In this document: positions 28,224-37,842 of the stretch, in pieces
How the letters are laid out: every line of letters starts with the position of its first letter
Position numbering within the stretch: the stretch's first letter is position 1
NCBI GenBank assembly: GCA_041690395.1
Contig: JAWLHJ010000001.1
Coordinates: 288,001 to 352,000, forward strand
Source: Longimicrobiales bacterium
Lineage (GTDB): Bacteria > Gemmatimonadota > Gemmatimonadetes > Longimicrobiales > Gaopeijiaceae
DNA: 64,000 bases
Direction: 5' to 3'
Notes under the pieces: generated by a model
What the model saw: only the letters and a program-made list of their open reading frames with translations
Told to the model about the DNA's origin: nothing
The model's database searches: none
Program-made: the position numbers and the translations under genes

Positions 28224-29696
28224 TTACGACCCCATGCCGCCCATCGGGTCGAAGCCCTTGTATCCCTTCCCCTGTGGAGGATTCTGGTGCAGCGCCTTCG
28301 AGTACCCGCCGGACGAGGTCCGGCTGATCCGCCGCTGCGCCACGAGCGCCTCGAGCACGAGCTCGCAGGCCGCGGCGCGCACTCCGTCGCTGACCTTGGC
28401 GGGTGCGAGCCCCACGCTCTCGACGAGGCCGAGCAGTCCCGGCACCGTGCTGAAGCCCTTCACGCACGCGGCCGACGCCGAGTCCTCGCCAACCTGGATC
28501 GCCCCGCCCCCCTCGAAGTACTCGACGATAGAGTCGACGTCGGCCCCTGCGGCGCGCACATCGAACGCCTGCGAAGAGCCGAGCTGGATGAGCTCCCGGG
28601 CGATCTTGTCCGCGCCGTGGAGCTCACCTTCGTACTCGAGCTCCATCTTGCCGGTGATCGCGGGCAGCGCGGCATACAGGTCGGTCATGCGCGGAACGGC
28701 CGTGTCTTCGCCGTGGCGGAGCGCGCGTCGCTCCGCGTTCGAGACCACCGTCTCCATGACCGTGATCGGCAGGCGCTGGCTCACGCCCGAGCGCTGGTCG
28801 ACCCGCTTGTCCTTCCGCGCCAGGAAGGCGACCCGCTCCACCGTTTCGGACACGAAGTCCGGAACCTCCACCGGCAGCCCGTCACGCGCGGTCCAGGCTT
28901 CCTGCTCGGTGATCGACACCCCGGTCTCGAGCTCCTCCGGATAGTGCGTCCGGATCTCCGCGCCGATCCGGTCCTTGAGCGGAGTGATGATCTTGCCGCG
29001 CGCCGTGTAGTCCTCCGGGTTCGCCGTGAAGACCATGAGCACGTCGAGGGCCAGCCGAATGGGATAGCCCTTCACCTGAACATCCCCCTCCTGGAGGATG
29101 TTGAAGAGGCCCACCTGGATCTTGCCGGCGAGGTCGGGAAGCTCGTTGATCGCGAACACGCCGCGGTTCGCGCGCGGAAGCAGCCCGTAGTGGATCGTGA
29201 GCTCGTCGGCCAGGATGTGGCCGCCACGAGCCGCCTTGATCGGATCGACGTCACCGATCATGTCGGCGATGGTCACGTCCGGCGTGGCCAGCTTCTCGAC
29301 GTAGCGGTGCTCCCGGTCGACCCATTCGATGGGTGTGTCGTCCCCGTGCTCGTCGATCAGCAGGCGGCCGAACTTCGAGATCGGCGCGAGCGGATCGTCG
29401 TTGACCTCGCTCCCCGCGAGGATCGGCATCTCCTCATCGAGCAGCGACACGAGCTGCCGGAGGATCCGACTCTTCGCCTGCCCACGCAGTCCCAGCAGGA
29501 TGAAGTCGTGCTTCGCCAGGACGGCGTTCACGATCTGCGGCGTGACCGTGTCCTCGTATCCCTGGATCCCCGGGAAGAGCTCGTCGCCGTCCCGGAGCTT
29601 CCGGACAAGGTTCGCGCGCATCTCGTCCTTGACGGTGCGGCTCTCGTAACCGGAAGCCTTCAGGGCGCCTAGCGTGGTGGGGCGTCTGTCGCTCAT
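28224..29696 (-). CDS. magnesium-chelatase-like AAA+ ATPase
   Basis: Walker A variant GLRGQAKS; LATPD..IAD.IGDVDP; NELPDL; TANPEDYT.RG.IITPLKDR; IRTHYP. The real start is MSDRR, not the 1249-aa track ORF. Confidence 0.9.
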   Translation of the reverse strand: MSDRRPTTLGALKASGYESRTVKDEMRANLVRKLRDGDELFPGIQGYEDTVTPQIVNAVLAKHDFILLGLRGQAKSRILRQLVSLLDEEMPILAGSEVNDDPLAPISKFGRLLIDEHGDDTPIEWVDREHRYVEKLATPDVTIADMIGDVDPIKAARGGHILADELTIHYGLLPRANRGVFAINELPDLAGKIQVGLFNILQEGDVQVKGYPIRLALDVLMVFTANPEDYTARGKIITPLKDRIGAEIRTHYPEELETGVSITEQEAWTARDGLPVEVPDFVSETVERVAFLARKDKRVDQRSGVSQRLPITVMETVVSNAERRALRHGEDTAVPRMTDLYAALPAITGKMELEYEGELHGADKIARELIQLGSSQAFDVRAAGADVDSIVEYFEGGGAIQVGEDSASAACVKGFSTVPGLLGLVESVGLAPAKVSDGVRAAACELVLEALVAQRRISRTSSGGYSKALHQNPPQGKGYKGFDPMGGMGS

Positions 29697-29909
29697 GCTC
29701 GGATCGTCTCCAGTGTGAATTCGGGGCGTCCCCGCCCGGCGGTCCGGCGCCAAGGGTAGAGCCGGCGCCGAGACTTCGCGATCTTTCCGGTCTGCCGCGA
29801 CGCCCGGTACCCGTCGTCCGGAGTCGAATCGATACACACGGCGGTCCGAGCGGGTCCGACCCGCTCCGGCGCCTCGTAACGCCGCACCCACTACAACACC
29901 GGAGCCACC

Positions 29910-31595
29910 ATGTCCGAGGGCAACCGCGCCCTGCGCAACTCCGTCCGTCCGCTCGACGCCCAGCCCCCGCTGCCGCGCAACCGGCTCATCGTCGAGGATA
30001 CCCCCGACGAGGAAGCCGTGCCCATGGACGTGGTGTTCGTCGGTGGCGGACCGGCCGGGCTGGCGGGCGCCATCGAGCTCGCGCGCCTGGTGAAGAAGGA
30101 CAACGAGGCCGGCGGCGGTATCGGTGAGCTCGAGATCGGCGTGCTGGAGAAGGCCGGCCAGCTCGGAGAGCACAACCTTTCGGGCGCGGTCGTGAACCCG
30201 AGCGCCTTCCGTGAGCTCTTCCCGGAGATGAGCGTCGAGGACTTCCCGTTCCGGCGCCCGGTGGAGAAGGAAGCGGTCTACTACCTGACCGACTCCAAAT
30301 CGGTGCGCATCCCGACGCCGCCGACCATGAAGAACCACGGCAACTACATCGCGTCGTTGAGCGAGATGGTGCGCTGGATGGGCGAGCAGGCCGAAGGGCT
30401 CGGCGTGAACGTCTTCCCGGGCTTCCCCGTCGATTCGCTGCTGGTCGAGGGTCGGAAGGTGATCGGCGTGAGGACCACCCCTGCCGGCCTCGACCGGGAA
30501 GGGGAGCCGTCCGGTCCCGACGCCATGCCGCCCATGGACCTCACGGCGCAGGTGACGGTCCTGTCCGAGGGGACGCGCGGCCCCCTCTCTCAGGCCTGGC
30601 TCGACTGGCAGGGCGTCACCTCGCAGAACCCGCAGATCTACGCGCTCGGCGTGAAGGAGATCTGGGAGGTGAAGAAGCCGCTCGACCGGATCATCCACAC
30701 CATGGGATGGCCGCTCCAGGGCACCATGTTCGGCGGCTCCTTCGTCTATCCGATGGCCGACGACCAGATCGCCATCGGGCTCGTGGTCGGGCTCGACTAC
30801 GAGGACGCGCGCTTCGACGTCCACGAAGCGCTCCAGCGCATGAAGCTCCACCCGCTCTTCCGGGAGTATCTGGAGGGCGGGGAGATGGTGGAGTGGGGGG
30901 CCAAGACCATCCCGGAGGGAGGCTACTACTCCGTGCCGGAGCGGCGCCACGGCGACGGGCTCTGCATCGTGGGTGACGCGGCCGGCTACGTGGAGGTCTC
31001 GTCGCTCAAGGGCATCCACTACGCCATGCACTCGGGCATGATGGCCGCCCGCCAGATCTTCGAGGCGCTCAAGAAGGGCGATACCTCGGCCGACGCGCTC
31101 GCCGGCTACACCGCCGCCGTCGACGGGAGCGTCATCATGAAGGACCTGAAGGAGCGCCGGAACATGCGCCTCGCGTTCAAGGGCGGCTTCGTCTCCGGAG
31201 GCGCGAAGGCGGGTCTCATGACACTCACGAAGGGGGCCTTCCCCGGGGGCAAGATCACCGTCGAGGAGGACGCGGCCGAGACGAAGTCGCTCACAGGCGA
31301 GGGCGAGAAGTTCGTGCCCGACGGCAAGCTGACCTTCTCGAAGGTCGACGCGGTCTACAAGGCCGGGAACCAGACCCGCGACGACATACCCAGCCACCTC
31401 ATCGTCGGCGAGGACGTGAGCGCCGAAGCGGCCGAGATGTACGTCCACCTCTGTCCGGCCGGGGTCTACGAGCGTGACGGCGACAAGCTCGTGGTCAACG
31501 CGCCGAACTGCGTGGACTGCAAGGCGACGGACGTGCTCGGTCCGCGCTGGACGCCGCGCGAGGGTGGAAGCGGGCCGTCGTACCGACAGATGTGA
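29910..31595 (+). CDS. electron-transfer flavoprotein:quinone oxidoreductase (FixC+FixX-like)
   Basis: FAD motif VGGGPAG; HNLSGAV, GAKTIPEGGY, GDAAG and KGIHYAM motifs; C-terminal CPAGVY...NCVDCK ferredoxin-like domain. Confidence 0.93.
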   Translation: MSEGNRALRNSVRPLDAQPPLPRNRLIVEDTPDEEAVPMDVVFVGGGPAGLAGAIELARLVKKDNEAGGGIGELEIGVLEKAGQLGEHNLSGAVVNPSAFRELFPEMSVEDFPFRRPVEKEAVYYLTDSKSVRIPTPPTMKNHGNYIASLSEMVRWMGEQAEGLGVNVFPGFPVDSLLVEGRKVIGVRTTPAGLDREGEPSGPDAMPPMDLTAQVTVLSEGTRGPLSQAWLDWQGVTSQNPQIYALGVKEIWEVKKPLDRIIHTMGWPLQGTMFGGSFVYPMADDQIAIGLVVGLDYEDARFDVHEALQRMKLHPLFREYLEGGEMVEWGAKTIPEGGYYSVPERRHGDGLCIVGDAAGYVEVSSLKGIHYAMHSGMMAARQIFEALKKGDTSADALAGYTAAVDGSVIMKDLKERRNMRLAFKGGFVSGGAKAGLMTLTKGAFPGGKITVEEDAAETKSLTGEGEKFVPDGKLTFSKVDAVYKAGNQTRDDIPSHLIVGEDVSAEAAEMYVHLCPAGVYERDGDKLVVNAPNCVDCKATDVLGPRWTPREGGSGPSYRQM

Positions 31596-31623
31596 CGCGG
31601 GCGGAGGTGCGCCGGCCGCCCGG

Positions 31624-32805
31624 TCACGGGTCCGTCCCGGCGCCCTCCCACCCGGCGCCCTCCCAGCAGGCCGGCGCGCCGGACGTGAGCCCCTCGACGG
31701 GAAGAAAGGCGCCATAGACCAGCATGCACCCCGCGCCGGTCTCGGTGTCGACGAGTCGGCCCCACCACCCCCTCGGGCCCGCCGCCAGAAAGTCGATGCG
31801 AAGCCCCGCCGGCAGCTCGAAGTCCCAGACATTCCCGAGGGCATCGAGGTCCGTCGTGTACGTGCCGGTGCCCGGGTACTGCATCTCCTGCGCGATGGCG
31901 ATGTTCCTGAAGTGGCCGACGAGCTCCGGGGCATCCGCCGACCGGGCCTCGTCCGGTCGGGCCGCGGAGTCACCGACGAGGGCGTCTCCTACGCCGGGTC
32001 CTGACCACGCACCCGCTCCCTCGACCGCATGGACGCGCAGATGCTCGACGTCCAGGGAGTCGCGCCATACCCCGATCGCTTCATGCTCGTCCACAGCGAG
32101 GGGCTCGAAGCGATCCGGAAGGGGGAGCACGGCCCGTTCGCCGCCCTCCAGGTCGAGGACACGTAGCGAGGCGTCGGCCGCGCTCAGGGCCGGCGACACC
32201 CACAGGCGTCCATCAGCGTCCAAGCGGATCTCGGTCGGCGCCTGGGCGGAGCGGATGTCCGCTTGGCGGGCCGCCTCCTCCAACGCACCCCATGCCGTGA
32301 AGGCCGGGGGCGCCTCGAGGATCAGCCCCGCATGGTGCCGCCGGCGAGGCAGGAGCTCCATGGCCCGGGCATCTCCGAGCTCGCCGAGATAGGCGCCGGT
32401 GGCCGCGTCGACGAGGCCCACGCGGTCGAGGAGCGGATCGACCACCACGAGCGTGTCTCCCGGGAGCGCGTGCACCGCCGCGACCTGGCGCCACTCGCCG
32501 GGGCCATCCCCCGGGCCGCCGGCGGCGAGCAGGAACCGCCCCTCGGCATCGTAGACGCGGATCTCGGCGGTGCCCTGGTGCGCCACGGCGATCCGGCCGT
32601 CGTCGAGCCGTGCCGCATCCGTCACCTCGTGGAGCTGATACCGCTCGTCGCCGTCGACCACGCCGATCTCGAGAACGGGCTCGCCGGAAAGTCCCCACGG
32701 CTCCGGGCCTTCGGCGGACGCTGACGGGCTTCCGTCACCACACGCGGAGCCCACGAGCGCGAGTCCCACGATCCACATGGTCCGGTTTCCGTTCATCCCG
32801 GGCAT
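31624..32805 (-). CDS. beta-propeller lipoprotein with a C-terminal pilin-head-like domain
   Basis: Lipobox GSAC; EIG..DG, EIRVYD..G and GG.GDGPGEW propeller motifs; C-terminal RNIAIAQE..Y....TY...GW....C...C. Confidence 0.7.
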   Translation of the reverse strand: MPGMNGNRTMWIVGLALVGSACGDGSPSASAEGPEPWGLSGEPVLEIGVVDGDERYQLHEVTDAARLDDGRIAVAHQGTAEIRVYDAEGRFLLAAGGPGDGPGEWRQVAAVHALPGDTLVVVDPLLDRVGLVDAATGAYLGELGDARAMELLPRRRHHAGLILEAPPAFTAWGALEEAARQADIRSAQAPTEIRLDADGRLWVSPALSAADASLRVLDLEGGERAVLPLPDRFEPLAVDEHEAIGVWRDSLDVEHLRVHAVEGAGAWSGPGVGDALVGDSAARPDEARSADAPELVGHFRNIAIAQEMQYPGTGTYTTDLDALGNVWDFELPAGLRIDFLAAGPRGWWGRLVDTETGAGCMLVYGAFLPVEGLTSGAPACWEGAGWEGAGTDP

Positions 32806-32841
32806 CGCCTTCCTCCCTGGGTGGCCGTTGGTGATACCGTC

Positions 32842-33240
32842 CTACGCTTCGTGCCCCTCCGCCTCGGCGGGCGCCTCGCTCGACAACGGCTCGTCGACCA
32901 GATCCCACGCGAGGTCGACGTACTCCAGGTCGAACCACTCGCCGAAGGCCTCCCACCCGCGATCCTCGGGCCAGTGCTCCGGATCCATGACCCAGTCGTT
33001 CAGCATGATCTCGAACACCGTCTCGATGTTCGCCTCGATCCATTCCTGGGTCTGGTCCGGGTCGTCGAACTCGGGCACGAGGAACGAGTTCACGGACTCC
33101 CAGGCGTCTTCCGGCTCGACCGGCCCGTCGTCGTCGAACGACAGGACCCAGTCGACGAACGGCTGGCGGGGGCGAACGACGAGCACGCCCCGGTTGAGGA
33201 ACCAGATGGGGCGGTCTCCGGGGGCGGACTTGCTGCTCAT
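32842..33240 (-). CDS. conserved-looking acidic hypothetical protein
   Basis: LNRGVLVVRPRQPFVDW...WP..R....F.EWF pattern; coding-like codon use; same strand as neighbours. Confidence 0.7.
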   Translation of the reverse strand: MSSKSAPGDRPIWFLNRGVLVVRPRQPFVDWVLSFDDDGPVEPEDAWESVNSFLVPEFDDPDQTQEWIEANIETVFEIMLNDWVMDPEHWPEDRGWEAFGEWFDLEYVDLAWDLVDEPLSSEAPAEAEGHEA

Positions 33241-33305
33241 GGTCTAGATCCTCTGGATGTCCTGAATGGGCGCGCGGCCTGGTCGGTGGCCTGCGTGAAC
33301 GATCG

Positions 33306-34709
33306 TCATTTGATCACGAGAAGTCGATCGGCGACCGGGTACAGCCACTCTACGCCGCGCTCGGTCACGACGGCATCGTCCTCGAGCGGGATCCGCGCCT
33401 TGGCGCCGCCCCACTCCGGGACGGACGTGTAGGCGAAGAGCTCGACCGAGAAGAGCGTCCCCGGGCGGAACTCGTACGTGAGCTGCTCGGGGTTGAACCA
33501 GGCCAGCGACGGGCCGATGCCGTGTCCCCAGTCGCCCACCGAGTGAGGTCCGATGTTGACGTCGACGATGTCCGGGTCGGTGCTCGGCTGGTTGAACTCG
33601 ACCCGGCGGAAGCCGGCGTCCTCGATCGCCGCCCACAGCCGGTCGAGCGCCTCCTGGGCGGTGGGCGCCGGCCGGATGGCGGCTTTCATGACGTCGCGCA
33701 CCCGGACGCCCTGGGCGAACGCGTGGCGGAGACCCGCGGGCGGCTCGGTCTCGCCCTCGCGCAGCACGTACGCGACCCGCTTCATGTCGGTGTAGAAGCC
33801 GAGGAAGCCGACGCCCCAGTCGAGCATCAGCAGGTCGCCCCGCTGGATGATCCGGTCCGAGGAGATCGCCTCGATGCCCTCGGGGCCGGTGACATAGACC
33901 GACGGCATGTCGAACGAAGAGTCGAGGCCGCGCGCGAGGAGCTGGTCGCGCATCCACCAAGCCACGTCCTCCAGCGTGGTGACGCCGGGGGTGATCACCT
34001 CGTTGGAGAAGGCACGCTCAGCGATCTCGCGCGACATCTCACCGGCTTCCGCGAAGGTGGCGATCTCGACGGCCGTCCGGGTGGCCCGGAAGTCCGAAAC
34101 CAGCTTCTCGGCCGAGACGAGCCGCTCGGCGTACGTAGCCCCGAGCTCCTCCCGCAGGTGCAGATACGACGTGTGGGAGAGCCCGTCGGCTCCGCCGAGG
34201 TTGGGCGACATGTTCACGCCGATCCGTTCCGGCGCCCGCGCCTCGACCCAGGCCCTGAGCTCGTCCGGGCTCCCGAAGTGATCGTAGCTCGCGCATTCCT
34301 CGGGGCCGTAGCCGCCCACGCCGAAGGCCGCGCGCTCGACGCGGTCGCCGGCGTCGGTGAAGACCCAGTAGGCCCATCCGTTCACGTAGCCGCGGCCGAG
34401 CGTCTCCCAGAGCGGGTCGAGGAGTCCCTCGCGCATGACCACGATCCACATGTCGATCCCGTTGTCGCGCATGGCGCCGGGCAGCACCAGGTCGAACTTC
34501 TCCTGGCGGATCTGGCAGGCGCGCTCCCAGCGGGCGCGCGCTTCCTGGGCGGTGACCGGGCTCGGCGCGCCCAGCGTGGAGAGCGTCGACAGCGCCGCAG
34601 TGAAGAGGACTCCGGCGAGCAGGGTGCTGCGCATGCTGCGCGTCCTGCGACGGACCATGGGAGGATGGGTCATCCGCGAGTCTCCGGGAGTGGATGGGTC
34701 ATGGCTCAT
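33306..34709 (-). CDS. exported M24-family (Xaa-Pro) metallopeptidase
   Basis: Signal peptide; metal ligands D(WG)...TD(MKR), H(SVG), SVE and LEDD. Start uncertain. Confidence 0.85.
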   Translation of the reverse strand: MSHDPSTPGDSRMTHPPMVRRRTRSMRSTLLAGVLFTAALSTLSTLGAPSPVTAQEARARWERACQIRQEKFDLVLPGAMRDNGIDMWIVVMREGLLDPLWETLGRGYVNGWAYWVFTDAGDRVERAAFGVGGYGPEECASYDHFGSPDELRAWVEARAPERIGVNMSPNLGGADGLSHTSYLHLREELGATYAERLVSAEKLVSDFRATRTAVEIATFAEAGEMSREIAERAFSNEVITPGVTTLEDVAWWMRDQLLARGLDSSFDMPSVYVTGPEGIEAISSDRIIQRGDLLMLDWGVGFLGFYTDMKRVAYVLREGETEPPAGLRHAFAQGVRVRDVMKAAIRPAPTAQEALDRLWAAIEDAGFRRVEFNQPSTDPDIVDVNIGPHSVGDWGHGIGPSLAWFNPEQLTYEFRPGTLFSVELFAYTSVPEWGGAKARIPLEDDAVVTERGVEWLYPVADRLLVIK

Positions 34710-34712
34710 GGG

Positions 34713-35297
34713 TCACGGGTCGGGTCTCGCCGCCGGCTGCTCGATCACCCTGCCTCCGGGAAGCTCGATCCGCGCGCCAAGCTGCAGCAGGAGCGGCTGC
34801 GTGTCCACGTAGTCGGCCGCGCGGATGATCCGCCCGTTCTCCACCTCGAGGATCGTGACGCCGCTCAGGACGATCTCGCGGCCCGTCCCGCGCGGCGCGA
34901 GGTCGCCCAGCGGCCGGTTCTGGACGGCGGAAAAGACCCATTCCGCCACGGCACCCCGCTCGGTCACGTGCACGCGCCCAACGTTCTTGTAGATTTCGTC
35001 GCCCCAGCTGTGAGGCTCGGTCACGTATCCGACGATCTCGTCGATCCCTTCGTAGCTGTGCTGGGCCGCGAAGTCGTCGTATGAAGCGTGGGGCCAGAAC
35101 AGATCGAGGATGAGCGCGGTGTCCGCGGACTCGACAGCCGCCGCGAGCGAGCGCGCGGCGAGCTCGGCCCGTCCCGCGGCGGCAGACTCTTCCTGCTGTC
35201 CGCGCTCCGCGCAGGCCGTCGCGAGCACGACCAGCCCGATCGGTAGCGAGCGGCTGACGAGCCGCGTCGGGGCGTGACGCATCCGGGTGTGGCGCAT
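34713..35297 (-). CDS. SnoaL/NTF2-like lipoprotein
   Basis: Lipobox ATAC; AEW...TGREI.LSGVTILEVENGRI...DYVD..LLLQLG; TACCTT 6 nt upstream of ATG. Confidence 0.82.
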   Translation of the reverse strand: MRHTRMRHAPTRLVSRSLPIGLVVLATACAERGQQEESAAAGRAELAARSLAAAVESADTALILDLFWPHASYDDFAAQHSYEGIDEIVGYVTEPHSWGDEIYKNVGRVHVTERGAVAEWVFSAVQNRPLGDLAPRGTGREIVLSGVTILEVENGRIIRAADYVDTQPLLLQLGARIELPGGRVIEQPAARPDP

Positions 35298-35454
35298 GGA
35301 GCCAAGGTAACGCCGCGTCGCTGCCTGGGCGCTCCGGCGGGCGCCTTGCGAGCGCCCTGGTCCGGCCGTACCGTGGCGCGGCCGCCACGCCGGGACACCT
35401 CGGGATCTTCGTGTGCGGCGAGCATCACGAACCCGAGTCACGAGGTCACACCGA

Positions 35455-36453
35455 ATGCGCAAGTCGATCACCCTGGGACTGGCCGGAGTCGCGGTCATCG
35501 TCCTGTCGGGTTGCCAATCCGAAGGCGAGGCGCGCGACGGAGCGGCGAGCTCCGCCGAAGCCTTCCATATGAACCCGATGATCGCGCTGCACCAGCAGGA
35601 CGTGCCGGTATTCGGGTTGTACGTGCCCCGCGCGACCCCGCCACGGCGCCCGGGCGATCCCGCGCCGGACCCCTCGGAGACGAAGACCCAGGCTGAGCTG
35701 GCGGCGGAGACCATGGAGTACCAGCTGAGCGACTACGTCTTCCACAGCGCCATGGAGGGCGGGGTCGACGAGGCGCTTCCGGAGTTCCAGGAGCTCGTGG
35801 GCGCCATGCGGGCGAACGGCGCGACCGCGCGGACCCATCCGTTCGTCGTGAAGACCGAGAAGATCTCTGAGGACCCGGACGCCGCGACGCACGTCCATCA
35901 GCAGCTCGCGGCGGGGGTCAACGGCATCATGTTCGTCCATGTCGAGAGCGCGGAGGAGCTCAGCATAGGCCTCGACGCCATGCGCTTCCGCTCCGAGGGC
36001 GGCACCCGTCCCGACGACGCGCTCGGATCGGCCCCCGACTACTGGGGACTCTCGCCGGAGGAGTACCGGGAGCAGGCGGACCTGTGGCCGCTCGATCCGG
36101 ACGGCGAGCTCATCTCCTGGGTCATCATCGAGAGCCTCGAGGGGCTCGAGAACGTTCGCGAGATCGCCGCCGTTCCCGGCGTGGGCGTGCTGTGGCCGGG
36201 CGCCGGAACGCTCAGGGGCGTGTTCTCGAGCATCGGGCCCGACGGCAGTCGGGTGCTCGACGAGGAGGCATGGGAAGCCGCGATCCAGACGGTGCTCGAC
36301 GCCTGCAACGAGTTCGATCTGCTCTGCGGATTTCCCGCGTCGCCCGACAACATCGAGATGCGGATGGAGCAGGGCTTCGACGTCTTCGTCATGAACTGGG
36401 GCGAGAGCGGCTTCCAGACCATCGAGATGGGGAGGGCCGCGGCCCGCCGTTAG
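35455..36453 (+). CDS. HpcH/HpaI aldolase-fold lipoprotein
   Basis: Lipobox LSGC; GVNGIMFVHVESAEE, DLWPLDPDGEL, IIESLEGLENVREIAAVPGVG. Confidence 0.8.
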   Translation: MRKSITLGLAGVAVIVLSGCQSEGEARDGAASSAEAFHMNPMIALHQQDVPVFGLYVPRATPPRRPGDPAPDPSETKTQAELAAETMEYQLSDYVFHSAMEGGVDEALPEFQELVGAMRANGATARTHPFVVKTEKISEDPDAATHVHQQLAAGVNGIMFVHVESAEELSIGLDAMRFRSEGGTRPDDALGSAPDYWGLSPEEYREQADLWPLDPDGELISWVIIESLEGLENVREIAAVPGVGVLWPGAGTLRGVFSSIGPDGSRVLDEEAWEAAIQTVLDACNEFDLLCGFPASPDNIEMRMEQGFDVFVMNWGESGFQTIEMGRAAARR

Positions 36454-37817
36454 CGTCGATGACGGGCGGCTCGCTTCCACACCTCGCGCACCGAGCGGAG
36501 GTTGCCGATGTCCGCGGTCGGATCGCGGTCGAGGAGGACGAAGGTGAGCTCGGAGCCGGGCCGGAGGGTGCCGACCCGGTCCTCACGGCCGATCGCGGCC
36601 GCCGCGACCCGCGTGGCGGCCGCGATCGCGTCCAGGGGTGAGAGGCCGCCGTGCTCGACCAGCGCCTCCATCTCTGCGAACAGGGCGGGGGGCTCCCCCG
36701 CGGGCGTGCTGAAGTCCGTGCCGGCCGCGATCCTGACGCCCAACGCGTGGGCCCTGCGGACCAGCGCTCGCGCGAAATCCCGGCTGCACACGGCGGGCGG
36801 GCCGGCCGGAGCCGGTCCTCCCCCCTCGGCCGCGCCCCCCTCGAAACGGGCATGCATGGCGAGCGTCGCGTCCAGGATCGTGCCCCGCGCGACCATCTCG
36901 GTAAGCAGCTCCTCGAAGATCGGGGCCGCCGCGGAGACGCGTTCGTAGCCGGGCCGGTCCGGGTGGTGATAACGGGCCGGAGCCTCGGCCATCGCCTCCC
37001 ATGCCATGGGGCATACGTGCGACACGACGTCCACGCCGCTCCGCACGACGTCGAGCGGACGCGCCGGATAGACCATGGCGTGCGCCCATACCGGCATCCC
37101 CTGACGGTGTGCTTCGGCGGTGACGCGCCGCACGGTCTCGGCGTCGAGGTCCGCGTAGATCTTGAGTCCGGTGGCAGAGGTGCCGCGGGCCCGGGCGACT
37201 GCCAGCGACAGGTCCGTGCCGGGGGCGATCACCTGTAGCCACGGGGCTTCGCCCGGACCGACGCCTTCCGACGCCGACCGGGCCCGAGGGTCCTCGAAGA
37301 AGGGCGGCCCGGCCACCAGCGCGGCGTAGTGGATGTCGGGAGCCTCGATCCGGCCGGTGCGCGCCTCGAGTGCGAGCGCGCCCAGCAGTCGCGCGTCGCC
37401 GGCCATGTCCCGGACGGAGGTGATGCCGGCCCGGAAGAGCCGCCTGAGCTCGGTGGTCGCGGCGTCGCGGTCGGGAGCCGTGGCGAGGTGGACGTGCGCG
37501 TCGATGAGCCCGGGCACGACCCAGCCGCCGCCCAGGTCGAGGTGGAGGGCGTCGGCCGCTCCCGACAGGCGGGAGAGGACCTCGTCGCGGGGCCCCACGT
37601 CGACGATCTCGGCCCCTCGGGCGGCAATCGCGGCGTCGGGCACGGGCGGGCCGCCCAGCCCGTCGACGAGGGTGAAGCCGTGGAGGATCTCCAGCGGCGG
37701 ATCGGAAGGGTCGGTGCTCTGGCCCGCCGCCGGGCCCGCCAGGAGGAACGCCGCCGCGCACCACGCGAGCATCGGCAAGGCACGGCCGGGGCGCCGTCGC
37801 TCCGCGCCGCGGCCCAT
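36450..37817 (-). CDS. exported amidohydrolase-family protein
   Basis: PGLIDAHVH, GITSVRDM, LKIY, WAHA, AGTD and LD.DP..DI motifs; signal peptide. Confidence 0.9.
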   Translation of the reverse strand: MGRGAERRRPGRALPMLAWCAAAFLLAGPAAGQSTDPSDPPLEILHGFTLVDGLGGPPVPDAAIAARGAEIVDVGPRDEVLSRLSGAADALHLDLGGGWVVPGLIDAHVHLATAPDRDAATTELRRLFRAGITSVRDMAGDARLLGALALEARTGRIEAPDIHYAALVAGPPFFEDPRARSASEGVGPGEAPWLQVIAPGTDLSLAVARARGTSATGLKIYADLDAETVRRVTAEAHRQGMPVWAHAMVYPARPLDVVRSGVDVVSHVCPMAWEAMAEAPARYHHPDRPGYERVSAAAPIFEELLTEMVARGTILDATLAMHARFEGGAAEGGGPAPAGPPAVCSRDFARALVRRAHALGVRIAAGTDFSTPAGEPPALFAEMEALVEHGGLSPLDAIAAATRVAAAAIGREDRVGTLRPGSELTFVLLDRDPTADIGNLRSVREVWKRAARHRR

Positions 37818-37842
37818 GCGACCCGACCCGCCCGCGCTCAGG

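Noticed and set aside
24396..29672. 1758-aa plus-strand ORF
   Set aside because: Antisense shadow of the EEP, LuxR-STAND and AAA+ genes; no recognisable motifs; typical of high-GC DNA.
29697..31973. Apparent 750-aa N-terminal extension of the AAA+ ATPase (1249-aa ORF)
   Set aside because: It is the antisense of ETF-QO; the family-like sequence begins at MSDRR (29696).
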